From: an uncultured delta proteobacterium
Lineage (GTDB): Bacteria > Desulfobacterota > Binatia > UBA9968
Reading direction: 5' to 3'
DNA length: 64,000 nucleotides
Assembly: GCA_963728565.1 (NCBI GenBank)
Contig: CAVSLC010000005.1
Span: forward strand, 256,001-320,000
The notes below the pieces were generated by a model, which worked only from the letters and a program-made list of their open reading frames with translations, did no database searches and was not told where the DNA came from. Positions 31,575-43,192 of the stretch are shown here, one piece after another (the stretch's first letter is position 1; each line of letters begins with the position of its first letter). A program made the position numbers and the translations under genes.

Positions 31575-31809
31575 GATTCCTCCTGATCAACAAAGATAAT
31601 CCTGCGCATCTAAAAAAACAATATGCACGTCACTGGCCGTCAGACGCCGGGGAACGCGGTCTGGCTAAGATGTGGGCCACAGTTAGGGCAAGAGATTCGA
31701 TCATGAGCCGATAAGCTGGACGACGTGATGCCCCCAATGAGTACCCGGCTACTCGTGCGTTAGATCTCTGAGGTCAACTAAGATGGTTTCGAACAGTGAT
31801 CAGGTTCCC

Positions 31810-32604
31810 CTAAGTAGCGAATCCAAGTAGGGTCATCCACACCCGGGCAGCGATAACCGCAACCATTATGCCATAAATCTGCCGAAGAGCTTTGGCGGAA
31901 ATGTTGCCGTGGAGCTTTTCTCCGAGTAACGCGCCGATAGCTGCTCCGATGACCACGGTGGAGGCGAGCAGTAAGGGAATCTGGCCAGTCAGAAGCTTCC
32001 CTAAAAAGCCGCTTGAGGTATTCATCATAGCGATGAACAGGCTGCTGCCGATGGCTATTCGTGTGGGCACTTTCAAGACGTAGATCAGTAAGGGTACAAA
32101 AACGAAATTACCGGCACCGAGGAGGCCGATAACAGACCCTGCAGCGAGTGAACAGACAATCAGCGGTAGCAGGACTACCACTACCTGCTCTTGCGAAAGA
32201 TCCTCTCGAGCGTTACCGGGTGGAGGCAGAAACATCATGCCCAGTACGAGCACGGTTATGATTCCGAACAGCGCCAGCAGCAGATCTTCGGAAACCCTGT
32301 CCGATGAGACCGCTCCGGTAAACGAGCCCAATGCGGAAGCCGGACCCGCTCCTAAAACAATCCGCCGGTGCACGCGCCGGTGGCGCAAATGAGCCATGCC
32401 GCCGATGATCGTGGAGAAAAATACCTGGCTAATAACCACAGCGGCGACAGTCTTTGCGTCCAGTCGGGCGAGGCCGAGCAGCGGCGGAATATAGTACAAA
32501 AGAGGGAACATCATTACGCCGCCACCGAAGCCCAACAAACCCGCAAAAAAGCCGCCGAGGACTCCCAATGCGGTTAGAGTCGAGATGAGGGAGAGGCTGA
32601 TCAT
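31810..32604 (-). CDS. Sulfite exporter TauE/SafE (TSUP) family membrane protein
   Basis: GFFAGLLGFGGG and AIGSSL motifs, about 8 transmembrane segments. Confidence 0.88.
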   Translation of the reverse strand: MISLSLISTLTALGVLGGFFAGLLGFGGGVMMFPLLYYIPPLLGLARLDAKTVAAVVISQVFFSTIIGGMAHLRHRRVHRRIVLGAGPASALGSFTGAVSSDRVSEDLLLALFGIITVLVLGMMFLPPPGNAREDLSQEQVVVVLLPLIVCSLAAGSVIGLLGAGNFVFVPLLIYVLKVPTRIAIGSSLFIAMMNTSSGFLGKLLTGQIPLLLASTVVIGAAIGALLGEKLHGNISAKALRQIYGIMVAVIAARVWMTLLGFAT

Positions 32605-33491
32605 CCGATGCTGGTGCCGGAGATCAAAACATCGGCCAGTGTGATCAAGAAATAACCGATGCTGACGTAAGCATTAAAATTGAAGAAAGCGCGATTGATG
32701 CGGGAAAGATCGTTAGGCCGGACAATACGATGCTCCCACATCAAAATGAGAGAAACTGCCAGGCATCCGATCCAGTAAATAATCCCCAGCTTGGCGGCAA
32801 CACCTACCAGGATGAGGAAAACTACGGTGCAGACATGAAAGAAGCTCGAGAGGCGCAATGCCCAAGTGACGCCGAACCTAACCGGAATCGAGTGTAATCC
32901 ATGCGCGCGATCGAATTCGCGATCCTGCAGTGAATAGATGATGTCGAAGCCCGCCAGCCAAAATACCACCGCCAAACCGAGACAAAGTGGAATCACCAAC
33001 TCCGCCAAATTAGTTGCGGAACCAGCCACCGCCAGCCAAGCGCCGATTGGCGCAAGCGAAAGAGCGACTCCGAGGAACAGGTGTGATGTCCAGGTGAAAC
33101 GTTTAGTGAGCGAATAGAAGAAAATGACCGCCAAAGCTACAGGAGACAACACGAAACAAGTCCAATTGAGTTGGTAGGCGCCGAAGACGAAGATGACCGA
33201 CGCGACGATCGTCAGAAGTCCCGCTTCCCACGTCTTCACCGTTCCCCTGGGCAATTCCCAACTCTTGGTGCGCGGGTTCAATGCGTCGAAATTGCGGTCA
33301 GCCAGACGATTAAAACCCATGGCAGCGGTACGCGCGCCGACCATGGCAACCAATATCCATAAGACTGATCTCAGAGTTATCGGATGGCTTGGCCATGCAA
33401 GAACCAGTGAAGCAAACGCGAACGGCAGCGCAAAAACAGTATGAGAAAAGCGGACGAGACTTGCGTAGCTGCGAATTTTTTCGACGAGCAT
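32601..33491 (-). CDS. mqnP: UbiA family prenyltransferase (MqnP-type, futalosine menaquinone pathway)
   Basis: HTVFALPFA, ARTAAMGFNRLADRNFDALNPRT and GFDIIYSLQD motifs; adjacent to an mqnL-like gene. Confidence 0.85.
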   Translation of the reverse strand: MLVEKIRSYASLVRFSHTVFALPFAFASLVLAWPSHPITLRSVLWILVAMVGARTAAMGFNRLADRNFDALNPRTKSWELPRGTVKTWEAGLLTIVASVIFVFGAYQLNWTCFVLSPVALAVIFFYSLTKRFTWTSHLFLGVALSLAPIGAWLAVAGSATNLAELVIPLCLGLAVVFWLAGFDIIYSLQDREFDRAHGLHSIPVRFGVTWALRLSSFFHVCTVVFLILVGVAAKLGIIYWIGCLAVSLILMWEHRIVRPNDLSRINRAFFNFNAYVSIGYFLITLADVLISGTSIG

Positions 33492-33579
33492 GGCGGTTCA
33501 AGCCTGAAAGTTAGCGCGCTGCTAAGCTAAACGAGAGTCAATGATGGCCAATGAGCGCTGGACGTTGTGAAAGCGCATT

Positions 33580-35022
33580 TCAAATGCCCAGTTTTTGCCA
33601 GATCGAATCGATATAATTCTTGGTCTTTTCGTCCATGACAATGACCTCGGGCCATTCGCGCTCAAAGCCTTCACTGCGCCATTTGCGTGTTGCGTCAATG
33701 CCGATCTTCGACCCGTAGCCGAGAACCGGGGCCGCATGATCCAAGACATCCACCGGACCTTCGACAATAACCGTGTCGCGTTGCGGATCGATATGGTTTC
33801 CCGCTACCCAGGTTACTTCCGAAAGATCGTGCACATTGACGTCGTGATCAACGACCACCAAAATCTTGGTAAACATCATCTGACCCATGCCCCAGAGAGC
33901 GTGCATGATCTTGCGCGCATGGGCGGGGTATTCTTTCTTGATCGAGATGATCGCCAGGTTATGGAACACTCCATGCACGGGCAAATTCATGTCGACAATC
34001 TCGGGAAAAGTCATACGCAAGAGCGGCAGAAAGATTCTTTCGGTCGCTTTACCCATATAAGCATCTTCCATCGGCGGTCGACCGACGATTGTCGTTGGGT
34101 AGATCGGATGTTCTTTCTGGGTGATGCAGGTGACGTGAAATACCGGGTAATCGTCCGCCAGTGAATAAAAACCGGTATGATCTCCAAACGGCCCTTCGCG
34201 GCGCAGTGGCTCCGCCGGATCGACGTAGCCCTCAATCACGATATCCGAGTTTGCCGGTACTTCCACGTCGACGGTTACGCCTTTGACCAGTCGCACGCCT
34301 TTCTTGCGCAAGAAACCGGTAAAGAGTACCTCATCGATTTGATCCGGCAGCGGCGCTGTCGCGGCATAGATCATGGCGGGGTCCCCGCCGAGGCAGACAG
34401 CCAACTCCATGCGCCGGCTTTGCTCTTTCTGGTGCTGATAATGGCGCGCCCCTACTTTATGCAAGTGCCAGTGCATGCCGGTAGTCCGCGAATCAAAAAC
34501 TTGCATTCGATAAAGACCTACGTTTCGAGTTCCTTTGCCCGGATCTTTTGAAAAAACCATCGGCAAGGTTATAAACGGTCCGGCGTCTCCCGGCCAGCAG
34601 GTGAGCACGGGCAATATGCTCAAGTCTGGTTGCCGGTGAATGATCTGCTGGCATTCGCCCTTACTCACAATTTTTGGTGGGATGCCCGCGAGTTTTACCA
34701 GTTCTGAAACGAGATGCAGCTTGTCACTGAATGATTTCGGCGGCTTGGTTTGCACCAGCTTTTGAACCTCACCTGCAAGTTCCTCTATATCGTCGACCCC
34801 TAAGGCCAGAGCCATGCGTTTATGCGAGCCGAAGGCATTGATTAAAACCGGGATCTGTTTGCCGTCGACGTTCTCGAACAACAACGCCGGACCGTTATTT
34901 TTCATCACGCGATCGGCAATCTCCGTGATCTCCAACTCGGCTTTCACCGGATAGGTAATGCGCCTGAGTTCGCCTTGGCGTTCTAAAACTTGTACGAAGT
35001 CTTGCAGACTGTTATATGCCAT
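33580..35022 (-). CDS. mqnL: Menaquinone biosynthesis decarboxylase (UbiD family, MqnL-type)
   Basis: LEITEIADR, CWPGDAGPFIT, EGPFGDHTGFY and HALWGMGQMMFTK motifs. Confidence 0.88.
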   Translation of the reverse strand: MAYNSLQDFVQVLERQGELRRITYPVKAELEITEIADRVMKNNGPALLFENVDGKQIPVLINAFGSHKRMALALGVDDIEELAGEVQKLVQTKPPKSFSDKLHLVSELVKLAGIPPKIVSKGECQQIIHRQPDLSILPVLTCWPGDAGPFITLPMVFSKDPGKGTRNVGLYRMQVFDSRTTGMHWHLHKVGARHYQHQKEQSRRMELAVCLGGDPAMIYAATAPLPDQIDEVLFTGFLRKKGVRLVKGVTVDVEVPANSDIVIEGYVDPAEPLRREGPFGDHTGFYSLADDYPVFHVTCITQKEHPIYPTTIVGRPPMEDAYMGKATERIFLPLLRMTFPEIVDMNLPVHGVFHNLAIISIKKEYPAHARKIMHALWGMGQMMFTKILVVVDHDVNVHDLSEVTWVAGNHIDPQRDTVIVEGPVDVLDHAAPVLGYGSKIGIDATRKWRSEGFEREWPEVIVMDEKTKNYIDSIWQKLGI

Positions 35023-35325
35023 GTGCTCCCTGATATCTTTCGAATGAAAAGCAATAAGCCGACAAGAAGGCGCAAGTCAAGTAACCATGCGCGCGGCTGT
35101 CTGCGCAGCTCGCTACAAAGGATGCGGCTCCTGTTGATTTTGGCTGGATTTTACCGGCTTTTTATGAACTATGATGGTTGACTTGGAATTCGTGGAAAGG
35201 CTCTGATCCGAAATCGATACTCTGCCTCCTCCATCGGATCAACACATTTCAGCATTATCGTTGAGCAGTCACAACTTCCCCATGGCGTAGCATGGCCACA
35301 ATTCTCCGGCTGTAAAACGAGCTGA

Positions 35326-37389
35326 ATGAAAAAGGCGTCGCGGCAACAGAACATTAAGGCCAAACCCGCAAAAGCGTCCGGCGGCGCGGCATTGCCCGGC
35401 CGAATCAATCCCCTAAGGAAGCGGTTTTGGTTTCTGATGATTTTCACCGCCGCGTTTGCTCTTCGGCTCGTTTATCTCTTCGAGATCGATACCATCCCGT
35501 TGTTTGAGCATCTCGCGGGAGATGCAAGGACTTACTACGAATGGGGCCAACGGATCGCGGCAGGGGACTGGCTGGGCGCGGGAGTTTTCTACCAGGCTCC
35601 TTTGTATCCCTATTTTCTCGGAATCTTACAATTCTTTTTCGGTGAAACTCTTTGGTTAGCGCGGCTCATACAGATTACGCTTGGGGCGCTTTCATGCTCG
35701 TTGATCTTTTTGATCGGACAGCAGTTGTTCTCACGTGAAGCAGGGATCATTTCGGGATTCATTCTTGCCGGTTATGGGCCGGCGCTGTTCTTCGACGGCT
35801 TGATCGAAAAAAGTATTCTTGATTTGTTCTTACTTACGGCCATTTTGTTTCTCATTTTTTGCGTCAGCGACGAAATGAAACCGGCTAAGTGGCTTGGTGT
35901 CGGCGCGGTGCTTGGTCTATTAGCCTTATCGCGCGAAAACACGCTTATCTTGGTCCTGGTGGTGCCGTGCTGGATCGCGTTCTCTTCCGCACCGCTATCG
36001 CCAACAGCACGCTGCGCCGGACTGGCTTGTTCTTCGCCGGCTTAGTCTTGATCCTCCTGCCGGTCGGGCTGCGCAATCTTGCTGTGGGAGGGGAATTCAA
36101 ACTGACGACGTCGCAATTGGGGCCGAACTTCTACATCGGCAACAATCCAGCCGCCGACGGAACCTACAACTCGATCAGGGCCATGATCGGCGAGCCGCAA
36201 CTCGAAGGTCCCGACGCCGAACGATTGGCGGAAAGAGAGTTGCAACGCAGTCTATCTCCAGGTGAGGTATCCAGCTACTGGTTAGGCAAGTCGTTCGATT
36301 ACATCAAAACACAGCCGTTCGATTGGCTGCGATTGCTGGCCAAGAAGTGGGTCCTGGTATGGAACGGCCGAGAGATAGAAGATTCGGATGATTTCTACAT
36401 CTATCGGCAATGGTCATGGTTGCTTGGCGTGCTCGGTCGGCTTGAACCATTTTGGCGTTCTGTCACCTCTGGCCGCTGTCGGTCTCTTAGTTTCACGCGG
36501 ACAATGGCGTCGATTATGGCTGCTCTACCTCATGATTTTGGCGCTTGCAGCAAGTGTCGCCGTTTTTTACGTATTTGGTCGTTATCGCTTTCCGCTGGTC
36601 CCGTTGCTGGTTCTTTTTGCCGGCGCGGGATTGATGCGAATAGTTCGCTTCTATAAACAGGGACGCTGGCGTCCGCTGTTCGGGACCATGGCTGTATTCT
36701 GCGCCTGCGCGATGTTCACTAACTGGCCCCTGTTCGAATTTAGCGGGCCGGGTGCTGCGGGTTACAACAATCTGTCGAATGCCTATTACAAACAGGGCAA
36801 AGTCGAGGAGGCTATCCAAACAGCGCTCAAGGCCATCGAAGTAGAACCGAGCTATGGAGTCGCCCATTACAACATCGGCAACCTCTATGCTGGACGTGGT
36901 CAATTTGCTTTAGCGCGACGACATTTCGAAGAGGCGCTGCGGATCTATCCAAACTATGCTGAGGTCCGGAGCAATCTTGGACAGCTTCTCGCCGAACGAG
37001 GTGATCTGCAGGCCGGTATCGAGCAATTCCGCAAGGCGATCGCGCTCGATCCGGCGCTTTTCAGGGCGCATCTCAATCTCGGAGTCGCCCTGGCGAAGCA
37101 AGGCAACATCAATGAAGCGGATGCTCCGTTGCGAGAGGCCGCCCGTCTGAGGCCGCAATCCGCCGAGAGTCGTTTCTATCTGGGCAGCGTTTACGCGGCT
37201 CAGAATCGGTTCGATTTGGCGGCGCAGTCCTTCAAAAACGCGCTGCAGATCGATGCTAACCTGGCCGCCGCACACGAGAGTCTTGCGCGAGTCCTATCAG
37301 CTCAGGGGAAGAGAGAAGAGGCGATGGCGCACTATCAGGAAGCGATCAGGCTGATCAGTGCCAGAAGAGGCGGACCTAAGGCTCCGTAG
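35326..37389 (+). CDS. GT-C/PMT-like membrane glycosyltransferase with C-terminal TPRs; two probable indels (~36010, ~36440)
   Basis: DARTY, FYQAPLYPYFL, GPNFYIGNN and RYRFPLVP motifs, then ~6 TPRs, spread over three overlapping ORFs. Confidence 0.75.
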
Positions 37390-37440
37390 CAGTTCTTTGA
37401 ACAGGCCTTGCTCCGCCCGAAGGGTGAGTTTGAATCACCT

Positions 37441-39436
37441 CTAGCGTACGATTTTTAACGTAAAAGATCGGGGCGGATCGATCACCTTGATGAAGGGGAT
37501 CGGATCGTCATAAATCTTAACCGGGATGATGGTTGCCGGCGGGTTGCTGACCAGCCCGTCCAGCCAATGGTATTTTAAAATCACTTCCTTAGCTCCGCTC
37601 GTCGAGACTTCCAGACGATTGAGTGTGGCTGTTATTTGCCCCTGTCCTTGTACAAACCAATCCGACGGCTGGTTCACTGTCATAAGATGCACCGGACCTA
37701 TGCGCCGGTCGAGTGTGATTAATCCCGGAATTGTCCGTAGCCGTTTGATCGAGGCCGGATGGAAGGCAACCACCGCGCCGATGTTGTAGAGCCGAAAATA
37801 CTTTTTGATCTCCTCATCCGTGAAAGCCTGTATATCTCGTCCTAATAATCTGCCCGAGTGAAATTCCGCGAAGTGGTGCCGATCGTTGTAGAGATTGATG
37901 GGCCCGCCGATCAGCTCGCGACCGCTCCAGTGGGGAATGAAAGAGGATAAATACATGCCATCGTACACGAAACCGGTTTCGTCGCCTGATTCTTCAAATA
38001 GAACGCGGGCCTCGTCAGGCGTGTTTTGTCGCACCCAGCGGGCTATCTCGGCGATCTCAGGACGGATGAGAGTTCGCAGCCTAAGTTTACCTTGAGACTC
38101 GGTTTGGACGAGATTGATCAGGAAAGTGACGCTCGCGGCCAACAGCAAAGATGGAACTGTATAGGAATAGAGACGCGATGCTGCTGAATTTGCCATTAGC
38201 CAATCCGCAAGCGCGTAAGCAGTGGCAATGGCTAGAAAAAGATCAAAGGGAACTTTAAAACGCATCGGCTGCCATGCCTGGAGAGCCGGAATGAGAAAAT
38301 TGAAATAAGTTATCAGGAAAAGACTGATCAAGCCGGCAAGGAGCAAAATTCCAAGATTTTTGTCGCCGCGGCGCAGCAGCTTCACCGTGCCTGTTGTGCC
38401 GAGAATCAGCAGCATCAAGCGAACGCCTTTCTCCCAAAAACTTTGGCGAAATGACCAGTAATTCTTCGGCGCGAGATAATCCTTCACCAACGTTAGTGGG
38501 TCGGCGCTCACGAACAGCGCCAGCTGCTCGACAATGGTTTGGGAAACATCATCGCCCCGGTGGGTGAAGGCGGGCATTATCCAGATCAGGTTCAGCGCGA
38601 GCGAAATCGTTGCTGCGCCGACGGTCGACAGTACCAGGTGGCGCTGGATCAGCCTGGGCCGAGCGATCAACAAGGCGAAAATGCAAGGCAGAAAAATGAT
38701 CAGAGACTGAACGTGGAGCGGTAGGATGGTGATGGCAAATAGCATCCAGGCAATGTGGACAGGCCCAGGATGTTTGCTGTTGCGCTAAACGGTAAAACAG
38801 CGAAACCCCCAGGATGGTGGCATAAGCAGCGGTCGGATAGCCGATCATGCCGTAAAAAAACATTTCTCGCGGCAGTGAATTCCACCAATAAATCGTTCCA
38901 AGAAGCGCCGCCGCCACGGCCGCGGCATTTCTGATTTGTTCGCGCGCGAACAGATTACGCGCGCTGAAATACATCAGCCATGGAATCGCCGCCATTGCGA
39001 TAAACGCCGAGATCTTGAACCACTGGATCGGCGTTAAAGCAATTAAGGACAAAGCGAGCGCAAGGAACTCGAACAGCTTGATGCTTAGATCTTGGATGGT
39101 GTTGGACGGGTAGCCGGCCATGAACAGGGGATTATAGCCCCAGGATAGTTTGTCCTGTTGCCAAAAGGCCTCTAACGATTTGAGATGATGAAAATGCAGA
39201 CCCCAGTCCTGTTCGATGATCGGATCAGGATTGTACAGGCCGGGAAGAACATCGAAGAGAGACAACAATCCAAACGCATGAAGCGAGAAGATGACGACGA
39301 TCAGAACCACTGGGCGGTCAAACAGCCGCGGCGTAGGCCCTATGAGCAATTTAGTTAGCCGCGCCGTCGCGCCCGGGCCTGAGTGGCGGTGCGTTTGTCG
39401 TCGAGAAGTTTTCCGGATTTTCTGTTTAGGTGGCAC
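37441..39436 (-). CDS. Polytopic membrane protein, GT-C-like; probable indel near 38760
   Basis: DWGLHFH and GYNPLFMAGYP motifs, many transmembrane segments, soluble C-terminal domain; two overlapping ORFs. Confidence 0.65.
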
Positions 39437-39779
39437 GTACAGGATCTATACTAGCGGTAATTGTCTAAAGAAAACAAAGCTCGCCAGTGTATTACCATTG
39501 GGTTTCGCCGATGTCTCTTACCCTGCAAGTACAATCTGTAGAACACCGGGTGTCATTATCGATCACCTGGCTGGACGTTTGGGCACAAGTTCATCTCGCC
39601 ACACCGCCTGACGACTTCACGTCGCCGTTGCCGGCGCGTTAGCTCAGCGTGGGATGATGCGCGTGCCACCCGTTCGCTGTGTGAATCCGAACAGCCTCTC
39701 TGGCTCAATCCGGCGCTTTGTCAGGGTCCTTCTTAGGCGATCATTTGCATCCCAAGATCAAGTTTGTCAGAAGAGACGG

Positions 39780-40520
39780 ATGCTTAGTGTCGCTCTCGCT
39801 CTCGGATTGTTGACTGCGTTGGCCAATATCTTCGGCAGCGCTCTTGCGGTGCTCCAGCGAGAACCCTCGCGTCGGTTTACCGCGGCGGCACTTGGCCTAA
39901 GTGGCGGATTTATCCTGGCAGCGGCGCTGCTCGAGATGCTGCCGGAAAGCTTATCACGGGGACCGTCGATGCCCGGTTACGTGGCCGTCGGATACCTCTC
40001 TCTATTCCTGATCGAGCAATTTACCGATGTGCACCTGCATAGTTTGCCGGACGATGAACATTTGATACCGGTCCCGGTAGCCGCCGGATTGGCGTCCCTT
40101 GTGGCTTTCAACGTCCACGACTTTATTGATGGATTGGCTATCGGTGCGGGCATGATCGCTAAAACCGATCTTGGAATACTGGTCTTTCTCTCGGTGTTAC
40201 TCCACGAAATTCCCGCCGGCTTTGTGATTGCCGCGATCATGCGTGCGGCAGGCTGGAGCCGATGGTCTGCTATGGTCGCCGGCGGGAGCTTGGGGCTCGT
40301 CACGATCATCGGCATCGTTCTGCCATTTTGGGCTCGGGAAATTAAACCAGTCTTTGCCGACGCCCTCTTGGCATTTGCGGCCGGAAACTTTATCTATGTG
40401 GGTGCGACTCTGCTCGTCCCGCTCTCGGAATCCGGTAAATCGCGCTGGATCACACTCCTGGTGGTCCTCGGCTTTGCTATTTTCTACGTTTCGAGCCGGC
40501 TCGTTGAGTCCTTTTTCTAG
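39780..40520 (+). CDS. ZIP family metal transporter
   Basis: HDFIDGLAIG and LLHEIPAG motifs. Confidence 0.9.
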   Translation: MLSVALALGLLTALANIFGSALAVLQREPSRRFTAAALGLSGGFILAAALLEMLPESLSRGPSMPGYVAVGYLSLFLIEQFTDVHLHSLPDDEHLIPVPVAAGLASLVAFNVHDFIDGLAIGAGMIAKTDLGILVFLSVLLHEIPAGFVIAAIMRAAGWSRWSAMVAGGSLGLVTIIGIVLPFWAREIKPVFADALLAFAAGNFIYVGATLLVPLSESGKSRWITLLVVLGFAIFYVSSRLVESFF

Positions 40521-40561
40521 ATCTAGGTAGTTCTTGTGACAAAATAAAACGGGGGAGTACT

Positions 40562-41098
40562 ATGTTTGTAAAATTATTGTGCGCAACCATATTAGTGAGC
40601 TTGGCGGCGGCTTGTTCTATGTCCACCGAGCAGGCTGCTCAAGCGACAGCCGAACTCAAAGACAAGGACGGCAAGACCGTCGGGGTGGCCACGTTTCGCG
40701 AGAGCTCAGGGGGAGTGAGGGTCAACGTGAATGTCAAAGGACTCACGCCGGGTTTGCACGCGGTTCATGTTCACGCGGTCGGTCGATGCGATGCGCCGGC
40801 GTTTACCAGCGCCGGCGGCCATTTCAATCCTGCGCAAAAAAAACATGGTCACAAAAGTGCCGAGGGCGCTCACGCAGGGGATTTACCCAATATGCTTGTT
40901 GCCAAGGATGGCACAGGCCGTTTTGAGGCTTTCACCGATGGCATGACCCTTAAACCCGGCGCGACATCGGTTTTTGACAAAGACGGCAGCGCGTTGGTGA
41001 TTCATGTCGGCGTTGACGATTACGTCACCGATCCTACCGGCAATGCCGGTGACAGAGCCGCATGCGGGATCATTACAATGGCTCAATCCAGAATGTAG
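40562..41098 (+). CDS. sodC: Cu/Zn superoxide dismutase lipoprotein
   Basis: Metal-ligand motifs HAVHVH, AGGHFNP, KHG, HAGDL, LVIH and GDRAACG; lipobox LAAAC. Confidence 0.92.
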   Translation: MFVKLLCATILVSLAAACSMSTEQAAQATAELKDKDGKTVGVATFRESSGGVRVNVNVKGLTPGLHAVHVHAVGRCDAPAFTSAGGHFNPAQKKHGHKSAEGAHAGDLPNMLVAKDGTGRFEAFTDGMTLKPGATSVFDKDGSALVIHVGVDDYVTDPTGNAGDRAACGIITMAQSRM

Positions 41099-41109
41099 CG
41101 CTCGACCGA

Positions 41110-41856
41110 CTAGAGGTAATGGAGCCTTACCTCGCCCCCGGCGAGGCTGTGCTCTGCTTGCCGGATGCGTTCGGCGGTTCCGAGATCCTGCCAAAATCCG
41201 TCAAAGCAAAAACCATAGAGCGATTGCCCGGCGGCCAGCATCCGCGGGTAAGTCTGCCGGGTCGTGCTGAATTTATGAGCTCCCGTTTCCGTGTCCATAT
41301 AGTCGAAGACCGTAGGCTCGAGGACTTGTACGCCGGTGAACATCAATTTGCGAATCGGCCCGGGTGGCTGCATCGGCATTCTTGTTTCGAGAAATCGGCA
41401 GATCCGATCTCGTTCGTCGATGTCCATCGAGCCATATCTGTCCGCATCCCTATCAGGCCGCAAAACCAACGTTGCCGCGGCTCGTTGCTTTTGATGAAAT
41501 TCTAGCAACTCGTCGAGATGCAAATCGATCAAGACATCGGTGTTGATGACGATGAAAGTGTCGTCCTGCAAAAATGGCTTGGCCTTGAGCAGACCGCCCC
41601 CGGTATCCAACAGCTCCGGCTCGACGGAATAACTGATCTGTAGTCCAAGTTGGCTGCCGTCGGCCAGCCGGTTCTCGATCTGCTCGCCATGATGATGCAG
41701 GTTGATGACGACATCGCGAATGCCATAGTGCCGTAACAGCAGCAGCGAATACTCGATCATGGGCCGGCCGCCGACTGGCACCAGAGCTTTGGGCTGGGTA
41801 TCGGTCAGCGGCCTCAGGCGTGTTCCTTGCCCGGCAGCCAAAACCATCGCCTTCAT
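41110..41856 (-). CDS. murU: Nucleotidyltransferase (N-acetylmuramate-1-phosphate uridylyltransferase-like)
   Basis: MKAMVLAAGQGTRLRPLT..PK motif; overlaps the amgK-like gene. Confidence 0.8.
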   Translation of the reverse strand: MKAMVLAAGQGTRLRPLTDTQPKALVPVGGRPMIEYSLLLLRHYGIRDVVINLHHHGEQIENRLADGSQLGLQISYSVEPELLDTGGGLLKAKPFLQDDTFIVINTDVLIDLHLDELLEFHQKQRAAATLVLRPDRDADRYGSMDIDERDRICRFLETRMPMQPPGPIRKLMFTGVQVLEPTVFDYMDTETGAHKFSTTRQTYPRMLAAGQSLYGFCFDGFWQDLGTAERIRQAEHSLAGGEVRLHYL

Positions 41857-42923
41857 CGCATCTCCTCGTAGTGCTCAGCCAGGATCGGGATGATCGGTTG
41901 GAGCTGCGGTAAGCGCGCCAAATTGCGTTTCAATCGACGGACCGTGGGCGGAATGAATTTCCGGTATCCCGGTTTGCCCTTAACCAGATCGAGATAATAA
42001 AACCGGCCGACTACCTTGAAATCGCGCTGAATCGCCGAGAGCAGGTAGATCTCACGAAAATCGTCACCGTCGACAGCGCGACTTTCGAGAGCGGCGCGCT
42101 GGTGTAAATAGTAGCTCACAAGATGATCTTCAATATGGGGTCTAATCACGCTGTCGGTGATCCGATCATTCAGGAGCGAGGCCAAATCGTACTGCGGCGG
42201 CGCGAGCAAGGCGTCTTGGAAATCTATTACTGCCACAGCTTCGTCGTGAATCATCAGATTCCAGCTGTGATAGTCGCGGTGGTTTAGACAACCGGGATAG
42301 CGGTCCAGGCGATGGGCTATGTCCGAGAATATTCTTCGCAGCGTCTCGATTACCGTTCCAGCTACATGGGCGCCGGGGCGCTTCTCTAATCCGTATTCGA
42401 GGAAGTGTTCGAACTCCCACATGTAAAGCCGGAAATCAAATCGCTGCTGAAATGCAATGCAGTCTTCGTCCCGCGCCGCTGTGCCTCGGATTTGTAGAAT
42501 CAAAAGCTCGTCGATGGCTTTTTCGTACCAGCTAAGGACCTCTGCTTCCGGCAGGCCTTGGACGCGGTCCCATAACGCTGTATCGCCTAAATCCTCCAGT
42601 ATAAGAATGCCGTCGTTTTGCCAATGAGCGTAAAGCTTGGGCACCCGAACACCGACGCCGCTGAAAAATCGGTGCATATTGAGGAAGGGCAATTCTTTAG
42701 GAGCTTGCTTGAAAACGGCAAGCTCTTCACTAGAGAGGGGCAGAGCACTGCCGGCCGGGAGCTCCATGATAATCACTGATTTTGGCGCTTCGGAGGATTT
42801 TATGACAGCGCGGTAGTAGTGCCGGCTCGAGGCATCCCCCGCGAGCGGTATTAGAGAAGAAATAGCCGTGTTCGCGCCGAAAACGGCGATGATCTTATCC
42901 GCGAAGACTTCCTGGTGATTCAT
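41853..42923 (-). CDS. amgK: APH-family phosphotransferase (anomeric MurNAc/GlcNAc kinase-like)
   Basis: LAGDASSRHYYR, LEDLGD, HRDYHSWNLM and IDFQDA motifs. Confidence 0.82.
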   Translation of the reverse strand: MNHQEVFADKIIAVFGANTAISSLIPLAGDASSRHYYRAVIKSSEAPKSVIIMELPAGSALPLSSEELAVFKQAPKELPFLNMHRFFSGVGVRVPKLYAHWQNDGILILEDLGDTALWDRVQGLPEAEVLSWYEKAIDELLILQIRGTAARDEDCIAFQQRFDFRLYMWEFEHFLEYGLEKRPGAHVAGTVIETLRRIFSDIAHRLDRYPGCLNHRDYHSWNLMIHDEAVAVIDFQDALLAPPQYDLASLLNDRITDSVIRPHIEDHLVSYYLHQRAALESRAVDGDDFREIYLLSAIQRDFKVVGRFYYLDLVKGKPGYRKFIPPTVRRLKRNLARLPQLQPIIPILAEHYEEMR

Positions 42924-42964
42924 AACGCAGCGTTCGACTCTATTCGTGCCAGCGCCGCTGGCCG

Positions 42965-43192
42965 TTAAACCTCTCAGCTACCGCCGAAACCTATGGTGAC
43001 CTTGCCGGCATCGACGATTACAGGTATTTGGCGGCGGCCATTGGAGTGTTTCAGCATACGCGCCAGACCGGCGTCATCTTCGAGCACGTTGATGTATTCG
43101 AACGGAATTTTTCGACGGGAGAAATCCTCACGGGCTCCCGAAGTATAGGGTCAAAGATCTTGGCCGAAGATAAGGACTGGTTCGCTGCTCAT
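42965..43192 (-). CDS. Small glutaredoxin-like selenoprotein candidate with two in-frame UGA codons (UXX-star type)
   Basis: MSSEPVLIFGQDL(U)PYTSGAREDFSRRKIPFEYINVLEDDAGLARMLKHSNGRRQIPVIVDAGKVTIGFGGS(U)EV-stop; GAGGGAG RBS; a hairpin follows each UGA. Confidence 0.85.
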
